A stretch of DNA of 64,000 nt from an uncultured delta proteobacterium. GTDB taxonomy: Bacteria; Myxococcota_A; UBA9160; SMWR01. A program made the translations under genes and the position numbers. This document shows, piece after piece, positions 29,867 through 41,268 of the stretch. The first letter of the stretch is position 1. Each line of letters starts with the position of its first letter. The stretch is from assembly GCA_963832165.1 (NCBI GenBank), contig CAWHTE010000004.1:352001-416000 (forward strand), written 5' to 3'. Below the pieces are notes generated by a model. It saw only the letters and a program-made list of their open reading frames with translations. It ran no database searches and was not told the DNA's origin.

Positions 29867-30523
29867 TCAGGAGCGCTCGTAGCGCCACGGGTCGCCGTGC
29901 GCCCAGAGGCGATGACGCGCACCCGCGGCCTCGAGCTCGCCGCTCTCGTAGCCCGCATCTCCGGGGTAGAGCATGCACGCGCCGTTCTCGCTGCGGTGGA
30001 CGTGCGGACGGAACGGCTCGGGCATCCGGGCCGGCAGCACGCGCAGTGCTTCGGCCGCCTTTTCGAACTCGATCAGCCAGGTCACCGTGACGAACGTCGG
30101 CGGCGCGAGCCGCAGCGCGTGCTCGTGATGCGCGCGCAGAGCGTCGGTCGGTGCGATCCAGCGGTGGTTCGAGATCTCGGTGCCGTCGACGCTCACCGCG
30201 GCGTCCGCCGGAGCGATGGCCGCGAAGAACCAGGTGTCGAATCGCCGGGGCGCGAGGTCTGGCGTGATCCAGCGCGAGATCTCCACGAGCCCGCGCGGAT
30301 CGAGGGCGAGCCCCGCTTCCTCGTCGGCCTCGCGCACCGCAGCGCGCCGTGCATCGTCGGCGGGCGAACCGCCGCTGCGCCGATCGATCGCGTCGACCTT
30401 ACCGCCCGGGAACACCCAGAGACCCGGCTGTCCCTCGCGCGGAGTGCGCTGGAGCAGCAGCACCTCGAGGCCGGGTGAATCGCGCAGTACGACGACGGTG
30501 CCGGAGGGGTGGGGCTCGCTCAC
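29867..30523 (-). CDS. NUDIX hydrolase (Nudt19-like)
   Basis: VFPGGKVD, AAVREADEEAGL, WITP...RRFDTWFF. Confidence 0.88.
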   Translation of the reverse strand: MSEPHPSGTVVVLRDSPGLEVLLLQRTPREGQPGLWVFPGGKVDAIDRRSGGSPADDARRAAVREADEEAGLALDPRGLVEISRWITPDLAPRRFDTWFFAAIAPADAAVSVDGTEISNHRWIAPTDALRAHHEHALRLAPPTFVTVTWLIEFEKAAEALRVLPARMPEPFRPHVHRSENGACMLYPGDAGYESGELEAAGARHRLWAHGDPWRYERS

Positions 30524-30624
30524 GCGGGCATTCTACCGTTTCGACGGCGGTCAGAGGGAGGCGTCGATGATCACGGTCCGCGCGCTGATCTCCGCTACTT
30601 TCGACTGCCCGCGCGGAGGTTGCT

Positions 30625-32283
30625 ATGCCCGAGTTCCTCTACCAGCCGATCCTCGAGCACGGCCACGACGAAACGACCTACCGCCGCCTCGAGGGTCCGT
30701 CGCAGCGCGTGCGCGTGACCCAGCACGGCAGCCGCAGCGTGCTCGAGGTGGAGCCCGAGGCGTTGCGCGAGCTCGCCGCCGTCGCGCTCGATGACATCTC
30801 GCACCTGCTGCGCGCGAGCCACCTCGCGCAGCTCGCGCGCATCCTCGACGATCCCGAGGCCAGCGACAACGACCGCTTCGTGGCGCTCGAGCTGCTCACG
30901 AACGCGAACATCGCGGCGGGGCGCGAGCTGCCGGGCTGTCAGGACACCGGCACCGCGATCGTGGTCGGTTACAAAGGAGAAAACGTGTACACGGGCGCCG
31001 ACGACGCGCGCGCGCTGTCGCACGGGATCTACGACACCTATCAGACGCGCAACCTGCGCTACTCGCAGATGGCGCCGCTCGACCTGTACACGGAGAAGAA
31101 CACGGGCACCAATCTGCCCGCGCAGGTCGAGATCTACTCGCTACCGGGCGCCACGTACGAGCTCCTGTTCATCGCGAAGGGCGGGGGGTCCGCGAACAAG
31201 ACGTTCCTGTTCCAGGAGACGAAGGCGCTGCTCAACCCCGAGTCGCTGATGCGCTTCCTCGAGGAGAAGATCCGCGCGATCGGCACCTCGGCGTGTCCGC
31301 CCTATCACCTCGCAATCGCGATCGGCGGCACCTCGGCCGAGTTCACGTTGAAGACCGTCAAGCTCGCGAGCTGCCACGCGCTCGACGACCTGCCCACGAC
31401 GGGCAACGCGCTCGGACGCGCGTTCCGCGACCGCGCGCTCGAGGAGCAGGTGCAGAAGCTCTGCAACGAGATCGGAATCGGCGCCCAGTTCGGCGGCAAG
31501 TACTTCGCGCACGACGTGCGCGTGGTGCGGCTGCCGCGCCACGGCGCCTCGTGTCCGGTCGGGCTCGGCGTGTCGTGCTCGGCCGATCGCCAGGTGAAGG
31601 CGAAGATCACCGCGGCGGGCGTGTTCCTCGAGCAGCTCGAGACCAACCCCGCGAAGTACCTGCCGGAGGTGACGCCCACCGACCTCGCAGGCGAGGTGGT
31701 GCAGATCGACCTGCGGCGCCCGATGCGCGACATCCTCGCCGAGCTGTCGCGCCATCCCGTCGCCACGCGGCTCTCGCTCTCGGGGCCGATGATCGTGGCC
31801 CGCGACATCGCACACGCGAAGCTCAAGGAACGCCTCGATCGCGGCGAGGATCTGCCGCAATACTTCAAGGATCACATGATCTATTACGCGGGCCCCGCGA
31901 AGACGCCGCTCGGGCGCGCGTCGGGGTCGTTCGGGCCCACCACGGCCGGGCGCATGGACTCCTACGTGGATCTGTTCCAGAGCCGCGGCGGCAGCATGGT
32001 GATGCTTGCGAAGGGCAACCGCAGCATGCAGGTGCGCGACGCGTGCGCACGGCACGGCGGCTTCTACCTCGGGTCGATCGGCGGGCCCGCGGCGCGCCTC
32101 GCGGATCACAGCATCAAGAAGGTCGAGGTGCAGGAGTATGAGGAGCTCGGCATGGAGGCGATCTGGCGCATCGAAGTGCAGGACTTCCCCGCCTTCATCG
32201 TGACCGACGACAAGGGCAACGATTTCTACGCGGGGCTCATGCAGAAGCGGCCGACGCCGACGCTGCAGATCGAGAGCGAGTAG
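30625..32283 (+). CDS. fumA: Fumarate hydratase class I (Fe-S)
   Basis: [55 protein letters not shown]. Confidence 0.95.
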   Translation: MPEFLYQPILEHGHDETTYRRLEGPSQRVRVTQHGSRSVLEVEPEALRELAAVALDDISHLLRASHLAQLARILDDPEASDNDRFVALELLTNANIAAGRELPGCQDTGTAIVVGYKGENVYTGADDARALSHGIYDTYQTRNLRYSQMAPLDLYTEKNTGTNLPAQVEIYSLPGATYELLFIAKGGGSANKTFLFQETKALLNPESLMRFLEEKIRAIGTSACPPYHLAIAIGGTSAEFTLKTVKLASCHALDDLPTTGNALGRAFRDRALEEQVQKLCNEIGIGAQFGGKYFAHDVRVVRLPRHGASCPVGLGVSCSADRQVKAKITAAGVFLEQLETNPAKYLPEVTPTDLAGEVVQIDLRRPMRDILAELSRHPVATRLSLSGPMIVARDIAHAKLKERLDRGEDLPQYFKDHMIYYAGPAKTPLGRASGSFGPTTAGRMDSYVDLFQSRGGSMVMLAKGNRSMQVRDACARHGGFYLGSIGGPAARLADHSIKKVEVQEYEELGMEAIWRIEVQDFPAFIVTDDKGNDFYAGLMQKRPTPTLQIESE

Positions 32284-32299
32284 GCCGCGACGGCGGCCA

Positions 32300-33274
32300 T
32301 CACTCCTCGGGGGCCCAGCGGAAGCGCACGCCGACACCCGCGCGCCAGGCCACCGGGTTGAGCTCGTAGCGCCACGTCGCCGACTCGCCGAACTCGTTGG
32401 TGTCGGTCAACGTGTGGCGCAGGTTCCCAGTGAAGCGGTAGACGCGGGCGTTGATGAAGACCGCCACGATGAACGGACCGAGCTGCGACGTATCGCCCTC
32501 GAGCTCGAGCCCGCCGCCGAAGCCGTGCAGGGTCTCCACGCTCGAATCCGTGAGCTCGATCAGCCGGAAGGCGGACAGGTCGAGCGCGGGATCAATTTGC
32601 TTGACGGCGCGGCGCACCGACGCGATCAGATCGATCTCCTGGCGCAGGTACTCGAGCGATGGTTTCACGCGCACGGTGCGCTCGAACAGCTTCGCCGTGA
32701 AGGCGACGCCCGCGCCTCCGCCCGCGACCCAGCGACGGAGCTGGCTCTTGGCGCGGCTTCCCTGACCGTTGACCGATTGCTCGAAGACGTCGAACTCGAT
32801 CGGTCGGAGCGGGTTGGTGAAGAACACGCCGGGCTTGCGCTCGCCGGCGAGGTTGCGCTCGAACGCGAACGCGGCGGCTATGTCGACATGTGCGAACAGG
32901 CGCGGGGAGAAGAATGTGTCGAGCAGCCGCGGCGTCGCGAGCTCGAGCGATGCGCTCACGAGCGGCGCGATCCCCGTGTCACTGGACGCCGTCGCAGGAG
33001 TGACCGGGAAGGCAGACTCCGGACACAGCGTGCCGTTCTGGTGCGTGCCGGCGAGATCCGTGATCGTACAGCCTCCCTGCCCGAGCGGCGGACCCTGCAC
33101 GTCGTTGGTCGTGATCGCGGCCTCGCCCTTCTGTCCGTGCATGTCGAAGGACAGCGCGAACGAGGGCACCCAGCGGTGCAGATCGGTCTCGGTCTCGGCC
33201 GTCGCGTTGGACGAGACGAGCGCGAGCGACAGCAGGGAAAGGACCAGCCGCGCAGTGCGCTTAACACCGGGCAT
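32300..33274 (-). CDS. Secreted protein, probable outer-membrane beta-barrel
   Basis: Signal peptide (..SNATA), alternating amphipathic strands, C-terminal WRAGVGVRFRW; start uncertain. Confidence 0.55.
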   Translation of the reverse strand: MPGVKRTARLVLSLLSLALVSSNATAETETDLHRWVPSFALSFDMHGQKGEAAITTNDVQGPPLGQGGCTITDLAGTHQNGTLCPESAFPVTPATASSDTGIAPLVSASLELATPRLLDTFFSPRLFAHVDIAAAFAFERNLAGERKPGVFFTNPLRPIEFDVFEQSVNGQGSRAKSQLRRWVAGGGAGVAFTAKLFERTVRVKPSLEYLRQEIDLIASVRRAVKQIDPALDLSAFRLIELTDSSVETLHGFGGGLELEGDTSQLGPFIVAVFINARVYRFTGNLRHTLTDTNEFGESATWRYELNPVAWRAGVGVRFRWAPEE

Positions 33275-33415
33275 GGGTAAGCGCGGCGGCGGACGAAGCA
33301 TCGGCAGAGAGTGGACCAACGGCTGGTCAGGAATCAACCGTTCGATCCCGCGACCGGCTCCGGAACGAGTTGTCCAGTGGCCCGGCGTTTGACGGGCTGT
33401 GTGGTATCGGAGAAG

Positions 33416-36139
33416 ATGCGCGCTTCGATGCAGGAAGACGCGCGGCGCACCGCGTTGCGAGGGCTTCGATCCCTTCGATCGTGCTTATGCGCGGTCGCGG
33501 CGCTCTTCTTCGCCTTCGTTGCGGGGCCGGCAGGTGCGGAAGACGAGCCTGCGATGCGCCTGGCGCAGGTGGCCGCCGACGGAGAGCAGGCCGATCCGGC
33601 GCCCGATGCGGCGGCTCCCGACTCCGCCGAGGGCCCGGAGGGCGCTGCCGAGAGCGCGGACATCCCCGGCGTCGAGGTGCTTCAGGTGCGCGGTCGCTCT
33701 GCCGGCGCGCTCGAGACCGAGGTTCCCGCATCGGTCACGCAGTTCGACGCCTCGATGGTCCAGGCGCTCGGCGCGCAGGACATCTCCGACCTCGCGCGCG
33801 TGACGCCGAACGTGAACATCGTCCAGCCCGGCTCGACGCAGGCGACGTTCTTCGTGCGCGGCATCGGCTTGTCCGACTTCAGCGCCAACTCCGCAGGCGC
33901 GGTCACGATCTTCCAGGACGACGTCGCGCTCAATGCGCCCGCGATCCAGACCGGACAGCTGTTCGACATCAGCAATGTCGAGATCATGCGTGGACCGCAG
34001 GGAACCGGGGCCTACCGCAACGCGTCGGGTGGCGCGATCAGCGTCGCATCGAACCTCCCCACCGGCAACTACGGCGCGCAGCTGCGCTCGAGCATCGGTC
34101 GCTACGCGGCGGAGGGTGGCAAGGGCGCCGTGCACGGCCGGATCCGCGATTTCGAGGGCTATCTCGAGGCTCCGATCGTGGCCGATTTGCTCTCGACTCG
34201 GCTCGCATTCCGGCTGCGCAATTCGGATCCCTATCAGCGGAACGGCTGCGGCAACGCGATTCCATTCGAGGCTCGCCAGCCGAAGCCGACGGGGGGCCAG
34301 GCGGCGCTGCTCGACGAGCGCGACATCTGCGGCGAACGCGAGACAGCGATTTGGCCGAACACGCCACCCAGACTCTCGCTGATTCCGGTTGGCCTCGACG
34401 ACGAGGTCGACGTCGAGGACAACTGGGCCGCGCGCGGGTTCTTCCGCATCCAGCCGCCGAACACCGACCTCGACATCGTGCTCAACGCGCACGGCAGCCG
34501 GCTCGACGAGGACCAGACCTTCGGTCAGGTGATCGGGACCGGGCGGGTCATCGGTCGAGGATCATTCTTTGGCGGCGGTGCGGGCCAGACATCGAACGGT
34601 TATCACGAGCCGGACCAGCGCCAGGAGTTTCTCGAGCTGTGCGGGCCGAGCGGTGCCGCCTGTCCAGCCCTTCCGTTGCTCGCGGAAAAGCTCGCCGAGG
34701 TGCGGCCGCTCGATCGCAAGCCGTACCGGGGCGACTACGACCGCGCCGGTGAAACCACGCGCGACACCTGGGGCGGTTACGTGAGCACCAAGGCCCAGCT
34801 CGGCGACCTCGAGGTCTTCGCGCTCGGCTCGCTCGACAGTTACGAGCGCTTTCGCGATCAGGATACGGACTTCACGCCCGACATCCTGTTCGAGGTCCGG
34901 GAGTTCGACGAGGCCTGGCAGACCTACGAGCACTTCCACGTGGCAGGAGAGCTCGAGGCGACGCTCCTGGAGTGGAAGCTCGGCGGTTATGCGCTGTGGG
35001 AGGAGCTCGACGACAGCTCCGTGACCGAGCTCGCGAGCTCCAACCGGATCGAGCGCAGCTACTCGCAGAACACGCTCAGCCTGGGCCCCTGGGCGGAGTT
35101 CACGTGGGACATCCTCGACGACGTCACGCTGTCCGGGGGCGCGCGCTGGAACTGGGAGCACAAGGATTTCGAAATTTCCCGGCGGCTGCTGCTCGGCCCG
35201 AGCAGCAATGCTCCGGCGTCCCGAGCCGACCTCGACGAGACCTGGCAGACGCCGACGGGGAATCTGGTCCTGACCTACCACTTCAACCGCGAGGCTTCCG
35301 CGTTCGCGAAGTACACGCGGGGCTTCAAGGCCGGCCACTTCAATGCAGTGGCCTCGGAAGAGGTCTCGCGGCCTCCCGCGGATCCGGAATACAACGACGC
35401 GTGGGAGGCCGGCTTTGCGGGGGCGTTCTTCGATCGCCGGCTGTCGGGAACGATCTCCTACTTCTACTACCGGTACGAGGACTACCAGATCTTCCTGTTC
35501 CGCGACGTCGCGCTCGAGCCGCCCGTGCTCGAGATCATCAACGCCGCCGAGGCCGAGAACTACGGCGTCGAGGTCGAGGGGCGCGTGGCGCCGTTGCGCG
35601 GCTGGGTGCCGCGTTTCTTCGAGGATCTCGAGCTCAGCGGGAACTTCGGCTGGCTGCACGGCGAGTTCATCGACTTCCAGCTGCGCAACACGCTGTCGAT
35701 CGCCGGGGACACGATCCCGATCACGATCGATTTCTCGGGCGACCAGCTGCTGAACTCACCCGAGTTCAAGGTGGCGGGCTCCGCCATCTGGACGTTCGAT
35801 CTGGGGCGCTGGGGTTTCCTGATTCCCCGTTACGACTTCAACTGGACCGACGACGTCTTCTTCGGCCTGAACGAGGGCCGCGGAACCGCGCCAGCCGACC
35901 TGCAGGGAAGCCCGAAGCTGCCCGAGTACGCGGTCAGCCAGAAGGCCTACTGGCTGCACAACGTGCGGCTCGCGTATCGCACGCCGACGGGCAACGTCGA
36001 GGTTGCGGTGTTCGTGCGCAACCTCGAGGACGAGGTCTACAAGAACTACGCGTTCGATGCGAGCAACTTCTCGAACGTGGTGCTGAACTTCGTCGGTACG
36101 CCGCGCACGATCGGCGTCGACCTGATCGTCACGTTCTAG
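33416..36139 (+). CDS. TonB-dependent receptor
   Basis: VLQVRGR TonB-box-like segment, plug FVRGIG...VEIMRGPQGT...GGAI, YTRGFKAG, NLEDEVY, terminal Phe. Confidence 0.92.
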   Translation: MRASMQEDARRTALRGLRSLRSCLCAVAALFFAFVAGPAGAEDEPAMRLAQVAADGEQADPAPDAAAPDSAEGPEGAAESADIPGVEVLQVRGRSAGALETEVPASVTQFDASMVQALGAQDISDLARVTPNVNIVQPGSTQATFFVRGIGLSDFSANSAGAVTIFQDDVALNAPAIQTGQLFDISNVEIMRGPQGTGAYRNASGGAISVASNLPTGNYGAQLRSSIGRYAAEGGKGAVHGRIRDFEGYLEAPIVADLLSTRLAFRLRNSDPYQRNGCGNAIPFEARQPKPTGGQAALLDERDICGERETAIWPNTPPRLSLIPVGLDDEVDVEDNWAARGFFRIQPPNTDLDIVLNAHGSRLDEDQTFGQVIGTGRVIGRGSFFGGGAGQTSNGYHEPDQRQEFLELCGPSGAACPALPLLAEKLAEVRPLDRKPYRGDYDRAGETTRDTWGGYVSTKAQLGDLEVFALGSLDSYERFRDQDTDFTPDILFEVREFDEAWQTYEHFHVAGELEATLLEWKLGGYALWEELDDSSVTELASSNRIERSYSQNTLSLGPWAEFTWDILDDVTLSGGARWNWEHKDFEISRRLLLGPSSNAPASRADLDETWQTPTGNLVLTYHFNREASAFAKYTRGFKAGHFNAVASEEVSRPPADPEYNDAWEAGFAGAFFDRRLSGTISYFYYRYEDYQIFLFRDVALEPPVLEIINAAEAENYGVEVEGRVAPLRGWVPRFFEDLELSGNFGWLHGEFIDFQLRNTLSIAGDTIPITIDFSGDQLLNSPEFKVAGSAIWTFDLGRWGFLIPRYDFNWTDDVFFGLNEGRGTAPADLQGSPKLPEYAVSQKAYWLHNVRLAYRTPTGNVEVAVFVRNLEDEVYKNYAFDASNFSNVVLNFVGTPRTIGVDLIVTF

Positions 36140-36146
36140 AGTCGGT

Positions 36147-37569
36147 TCAGGGCACCGCGTAGCCGAGCGCGCGCAGCTGATTGAGCTGCAACTCGTCGAG
36201 CTCGAGCGGCTTGGTCTCGCCTTTCCAGGTCGGGTGGCTCGCTAGGTAGCGGTCGGCGTCCGCGCGCAGCCGCGCAGCGACCTCGGGCTGCTCGGCGAGC
36301 TGATCGGCGCGCTCGCGCGGATCCCTCGTCGCGTCGAAGAGCTGCTCGCGAAGCTTCCCGGTCGCGTTGCGGAACTGGACGTAACGGAACCGACCGTCGC
36401 GGATCGCGACCGTCGGTGAGGACGTTTCGACGCGCTGACCCCAGGTTTGATCGAGATGAGCAATCGCGCGCGCGCCGTCGTCGGGGACCGACTCGCCGCG
36501 CACCGCAGCGAGAATCTCCGGCATGCGCGAGCGACCGTCGATGTCCTTCATCGCGGGAAGGCCCAGCAGCTCGAGCACGGTCGGCCACACGTCGACGTTC
36601 GCGGTGGACTGCGAGACCACCACGCCGGGTTGCAGGCGGAACGGGAACGACAGGATCCACGGCACAGTCGTGGTCTCGGGATAGACGTTGCGCGCGTGCC
36701 CTTCGAAGCCGCGCTCTCCGTGAGCCTCTCCGTGGTCGGCGGTGATCACCACGAGCGTGCTCTTCAGGCGATCCGCCGCGAGCAGTCGGCCGAACAGCTG
36801 GTCGAGGGTGCGATCCGCGTGCAGGATCGCGTTGTCGTAGATGTCCGAGTTGCCCGTGCCGAAGCGCGCGGTGTCGGCATCGTAGGTGTACTCGTGCACG
36901 TCCATCATGTGCAGGTAGAGAAACCAGCGCCGATCCCCCGCGACGCGCAGGAACTCCATGGCCTCCTCGACGAGGTCGAAGTCGCTGCCGCCGTAGGTAA
37001 CCGTCGGGTTCTGCCGGCGGACGCGGTCCGGGATGGGGCGCACGCCCGGGCGGGTGTAGACGTCGAAGCCCTGGGCGAAGCCGTGATAGCCGTCGACCCA
37101 TCCGTTGCGCCACAGACCGACCGTGTGGAAGCCCGCCTCGCGCAGGATCTCGGCGGGCAACTCGCGCGCTCGGCGCAAGCACGTCGTTGAACTTCGTGAC
37201 GCCGGACCGGGCCGGGTACAGACCGGTCCACAGCGAGGCCATCGAGCACTTGGTCCACGAGGATTGGGACATGTTGTGGGCGAAGCGCACGCCTTCGGCC
37301 GCGAGCAGATCGAGGAACGGACTCGTGGGGCGCTCGTAGCCGTAGCTGTGCAAGCGATCGGCGCGGAGCGTGTCGATCAAGATGAACAGCACGTTCACGT
37401 CGTTGCGTTGCGCGAGCGCCGCGATCTGCTCGGCACCGCCAATCGGGGGCACATTGGCGCCGCGATCGGGCGCCGGGCGCACTTGCGACAGGGCGTAGAC
37501 CGCGAGCAGGACCGCCGCAGCGATCCAGGGCCACGGTCCGCGCCAGAGGTTCCGCTTTGCGGCTGTCAC
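36147..37569 (-). CDS. Sulfatase-like alkaline-phosphatase-superfamily protein, membrane anchored; frameshift near 37170
   Basis: NVLFILIDTLRAD, SWTKCSMASLWTG, FLYLHMMDVH, TADHGE, DVWPT, QLRALGY. Confidence 0.85.
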
Positions 37570-37633
37570 GCGCGCCACTCTAGCGACCGTGCGATCCGCG
37601 TTCGAGACGGAGCGGATATACTGCGCGACCGTC

Positions 37634-39859
37634 ATGAAGCATTGTCTCCGGCGATCCGTGTGGCTCTCTGCGGCCGTTTGTCTCGTGCTCGCAGCCACGG
37701 CGACGACTGCGTGTGACTCGCGCGATCCGCTCGAGCGCGCGCGATCGCTCCAGGACGAGCAAGGTGATGTCGCGGGCGCGCTCGAGCCCCTGCGCGAGCT
37801 GGTCGAACAGCGCCCGCAGGATCCGGAGGTCAACTATCGCTACGGCCTCGCACTGATCGCCTCGGGACAGCACTCGCTCGCGCGGTGGGCGCTGCGCAAG
37901 GCGATGGAATCCCCCGAGTGGGTCGAGCGCGCCGGGATCCCGCTGGCGACCACGGCGATCCAGCTCGGCGGATTCGACGAGGCGGTCGAGGTCGCGACGA
38001 AGGTGCTCGAGCACCAGCCCGATAACGTGGAGGTGTTGATCCTGCGCGCCGATGCCCGCGTGCGAACCCGGCGCGAGTACGAGGGAGCGCTCGCCGATGC
38101 CGAACGCGCTCTGGCGCTCGACCCCGAGAACGCCGGCGCGCTGGTTCCGAAAGTGGTGGCACTGCTGGGGCTGCAGCGCGTGGACGAAGCCGCCGCGCAG
38201 CTCGATGCGCTCGAAGGCACGCACAGTGACGCAGCGCTCGGCCTCCGCGGCTCGCCCGCGCTCTGCGCGGCGCGCGCGTCGTTCGCGAAGGAGAAAGGCG
38301 AGGTCGAAGAGGCCGGGAAGCGCTTCGACGAATGCCTCGAAGCGTTTCCGAGCGAGGGGCTCGTGGTCGGCGAGGCGATCGGGTTCTTCGACGCGAACGG
38401 CCGTCAAGCGCGCTCGGAAGAGATCCTGCAGAAGGCGCTCACCGCGCAGCCCGAAGCGTTCAGCTATCGCGCAAACCTGGTCGAGCGGTTTCGCAAGACG
38501 GGACGGGAGGAGGATGCGGAGGCGCTGCTGCGCGCGGCCACCGAGCTCGCGTCGCCGGGGGCAGCGGCGGTCGGCTGGGCGGCGCTGGGGCTCTACTCGA
38601 TCGAGACCGGGAAATTCGCCGAGGCGGCGGATGCGTTCGAACGCGCGCACGAGCTCGATCCGAGCGGCAGCGCCGAGCTCCTGTTCGGCCATGCCGATGC
38701 GCAGGTCGTGGCCGGGCGCTACGACGAGGCGCTGAAGCTCGCCGAGCAGATGACGGTTCCCGCACACCGTTCGCTGATCCGCGGGCGCGTCGCGCTCGCG
38801 CGCGGCGAGCCCGGCCAGGCGCTGGCGCATTTCAGCGAAGGCAACCGCCTCTGGCCGAACAACGCCGTCTCGCGCTACTACGCCGCCGCGGCCGCCGAGC
38901 AGATCGGCGACTTCGAGCGCGCGATCGAAGACTACCGCTATTCGATGCGGATCGACGTCCGCGCGACGGATGCGTACCTGCGGCTCGCGCGCATGCAACT
39001 CGCCGCCGGGCGCGTGACCGATGCGATCGCATCGTTGGAGTTCCAGCCGGGCGAGCGCCCGGCCGAAGACGAGGCGTCGCTGCTCGAGATCGAGCTGCTC
39101 GCGCGCGCCAATCGCCCGCCGCCGCCGGCGGTGCTGCAGCGGCTGCAACGGCGCGACCGCGCCGCCGCGGCGGCAGCGCTCGCGCGCGGCCTGACGACAC
39201 GGGACGGTCCCGGCAAGGCAATCGAGTTCCTCCATGCGCAGCGGAAGGATCTCGATTTCACCGACCCACGCGACAGCGCGGCGCTCGCGGCGCTCGTCGA
39301 CGCGCTCGCTGCGAGCGGCAAGGCGAAGGAGGCGCTCGCGCGCGTCGACGCCGGGCTCGCCAAACATCCCGACGCGTCGGCCTTCCATGCGCTGCGCGGC
39401 GATGCGCTGGCGAGGAACGGAGCCGAGACCGCAGCCGTCCGCGCGGCCTATCAGCGCGCGCTGGAGCTGGATCCGCGAGAGCATCGCGCACTCGTGGGCC
39501 TCGCCGGTCTCGACGCGAGCGCCGGCACCGCTCTGTCCGCGCTCGCGCTCTACGAACGCGCGGCGCAAGCGGATCCTTCCGACCGGGCCTCGGTGCGCGC
39601 GGCGGCGAAGCTGCTCGAGGGGCTCGGCAGGGCCGACGAGGCCGAGGAGCGGCTGACGGCGCTGCTCCGCGATCATCCCTACGACGCGGAAGCCGCGCTC
39701 GCGCTGGCCGAGCTGCGCCGCACGCGCGGCGCCGACGCCCAGGCGACGCGCGAGCTCGCCCGCCGCGCGGTGATGTTCGGCGGTGGTTCGGCGGCGCAGG
39801 CGCTGCTCGACCGGATCGACGCCGAGCGCGACGCTGCGACCGGGGCGGAGCAGGGCTGA
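37634..39859 (+). CDS. TPR-repeat lipoprotein (PrsT-like)
   Basis: Signal peptide ending TTA-C; helical repeats with LALDPEN, HELDPS, LELDPR signatures throughout. Confidence 0.8.
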   Translation: MKHCLRRSVWLSAAVCLVLAATATTACDSRDPLERARSLQDEQGDVAGALEPLRELVEQRPQDPEVNYRYGLALIASGQHSLARWALRKAMESPEWVERAGIPLATTAIQLGGFDEAVEVATKVLEHQPDNVEVLILRADARVRTRREYEGALADAERALALDPENAGALVPKVVALLGLQRVDEAAAQLDALEGTHSDAALGLRGSPALCAARASFAKEKGEVEEAGKRFDECLEAFPSEGLVVGEAIGFFDANGRQARSEEILQKALTAQPEAFSYRANLVERFRKTGREEDAEALLRAATELASPGAAAVGWAALGLYSIETGKFAEAADAFERAHELDPSGSAELLFGHADAQVVAGRYDEALKLAEQMTVPAHRSLIRGRVALARGEPGQALAHFSEGNRLWPNNAVSRYYAAAAAEQIGDFERAIEDYRYSMRIDVRATDAYLRLARMQLAAGRVTDAIASLEFQPGERPAEDEASLLEIELLARANRPPPPAVLQRLQRRDRAAAAAALARGLTTRDGPGKAIEFLHAQRKDLDFTDPRDSAALAALVDALAASGKAKEALARVDAGLAKHPDASAFHALRGDALARNGAETAAVRAAYQRALELDPREHRALVGLAGLDASAGTALSALALYERAAQADPSDRASVRAAAKLLEGLGRADEAEERLTALLRDHPYDAEAALALAELRRTRGADAQATRELARRAVMFGGGSAAQALLDRIDAERDAATGAEQG

Positions 39860-39868
39860 GCGCGAGCT

Positions 39869-41039
39869 TCAGCGGGCGTTGCGCAGCCACACCGCCGCGC
39901 GCGCGCGCAGATCCTCGGACACGTCGGCCTTCGCGAGCCACGTCTCCGCAGCCCCCGGATCGCGCGCGCACCATTTGTGCACGATCACCGTCGTGATCCG
40001 CTTGCGCAGGTTCTCGTCACTGAAGCGGGCGACGAGGTCGAGCGCATCCGCCGGCCGTTTCTCATGGTTGGCCAGCCAACGCGCGTAGATTGCGAACGCC
40101 GGCTCGGACCAGCGCTCGAGCTTCGACTTCTCGATCCACTGGACGGCGTCCGGTCTGCGAATAGCGCATCCAGTCGCGGAAGCTCTCCGTCACGCCGTCG
40201 TCGCGATCGTGTCCGGGAGGCAGCGATTCGAGCCAGGCGAACGCCGCCTCCGGATCGCGCAGGATCCAGCGCGTCGCGATGCGGCGCGGCAAACCAGAAG
40301 CGCGCGCATCGCCCGTCGTCACCTGCGGCAGGGCCCAGGCGGCGATCACGGCCGGATCACCGCGCTCGGTGGACGCGCTTGCGATCCGCATCGTCATCTC
40401 CCCGCGGAACGCGGATTCTGGCAGCGACGAGACCCATTGCATCGCGCCTTCCGTGCCGCGCGCGAGAACGATGCGCCGCGCAAGGCTCTCTCCGACACGC
40501 TGTCGGAACGGTCCGTCCGGCAGGGACTGAACGTGCTCGATCAGTCCCGGCTTGCCGGACTCGTGCCAGCCGACGATCACCGCATCGACTGCGGCTTCGT
40601 GGTAGAACTGCGGGATCGTCGAGGCGCGCGTGAACGCGGCTTCGGGGGCGCGGTGACCCCAGACGCGAAACGCCGCGGAAACGACCTGACTCGACTGCGC
40701 GCGCCACTCGGCCTCGGTCCATTCGACCGCGGCCTGCGGATCGAACTCCGCCCACCAGACCGCGAACGCCACGATCTCCGGGCTGCCCCCCTCGATCGGA
40801 GCGGTGGCAACCGCCTCGCGGAGCTCGGAGAGGGAGTCGGCTTCGGACTGCGCGAGCAGCGCCGACCAGCGCAGCAAGCGTTCGAGCGGATCGACGATCG
40901 CCAGCGTCTCGCGCGCCTGCCCGGCGACCCGCTCCGACGCCAGCGTCCCGGATCGCAGCGGCGACGGCAGCCACGAGCCGATCGCGATCCCCGCGAGGAG
41001 ACATCCCGCCGCCACCAACCCGATCGTCAGCTGCTTCAT
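39869..41039 (-). CDS. Membrane-anchored alpha-helical repeat hypothetical protein; frameshift near 40140
   Basis: N-terminal TM; repeats W...DP.AA..W (WAEFDPQAAVEW, WILRDPEAAFAW, WCARDPGAAETW in the shifted frame). Confidence 0.7.
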
Positions 41040-41268
41040 CGGCGCCGGATTCTACGGAGGGCACGAGTGCAAGCAACCGCGCGGCCGTCGTCGCCTCCCG
41101 CAGCGTTCTCGGAAGATTGGCAGGTCCGCCTGACGAGCCGGGTCTCTTTCCCGCGGGTAATTAGATTAGATAGACAGTCGAAATAGTTTCCCTTCCGCGG
41201 ATCGGAAGCGTACGATGCAACGTGTTCTCTGTGTGCAAGTACACACCCGAGGAGAGGAGTTTCACGGC

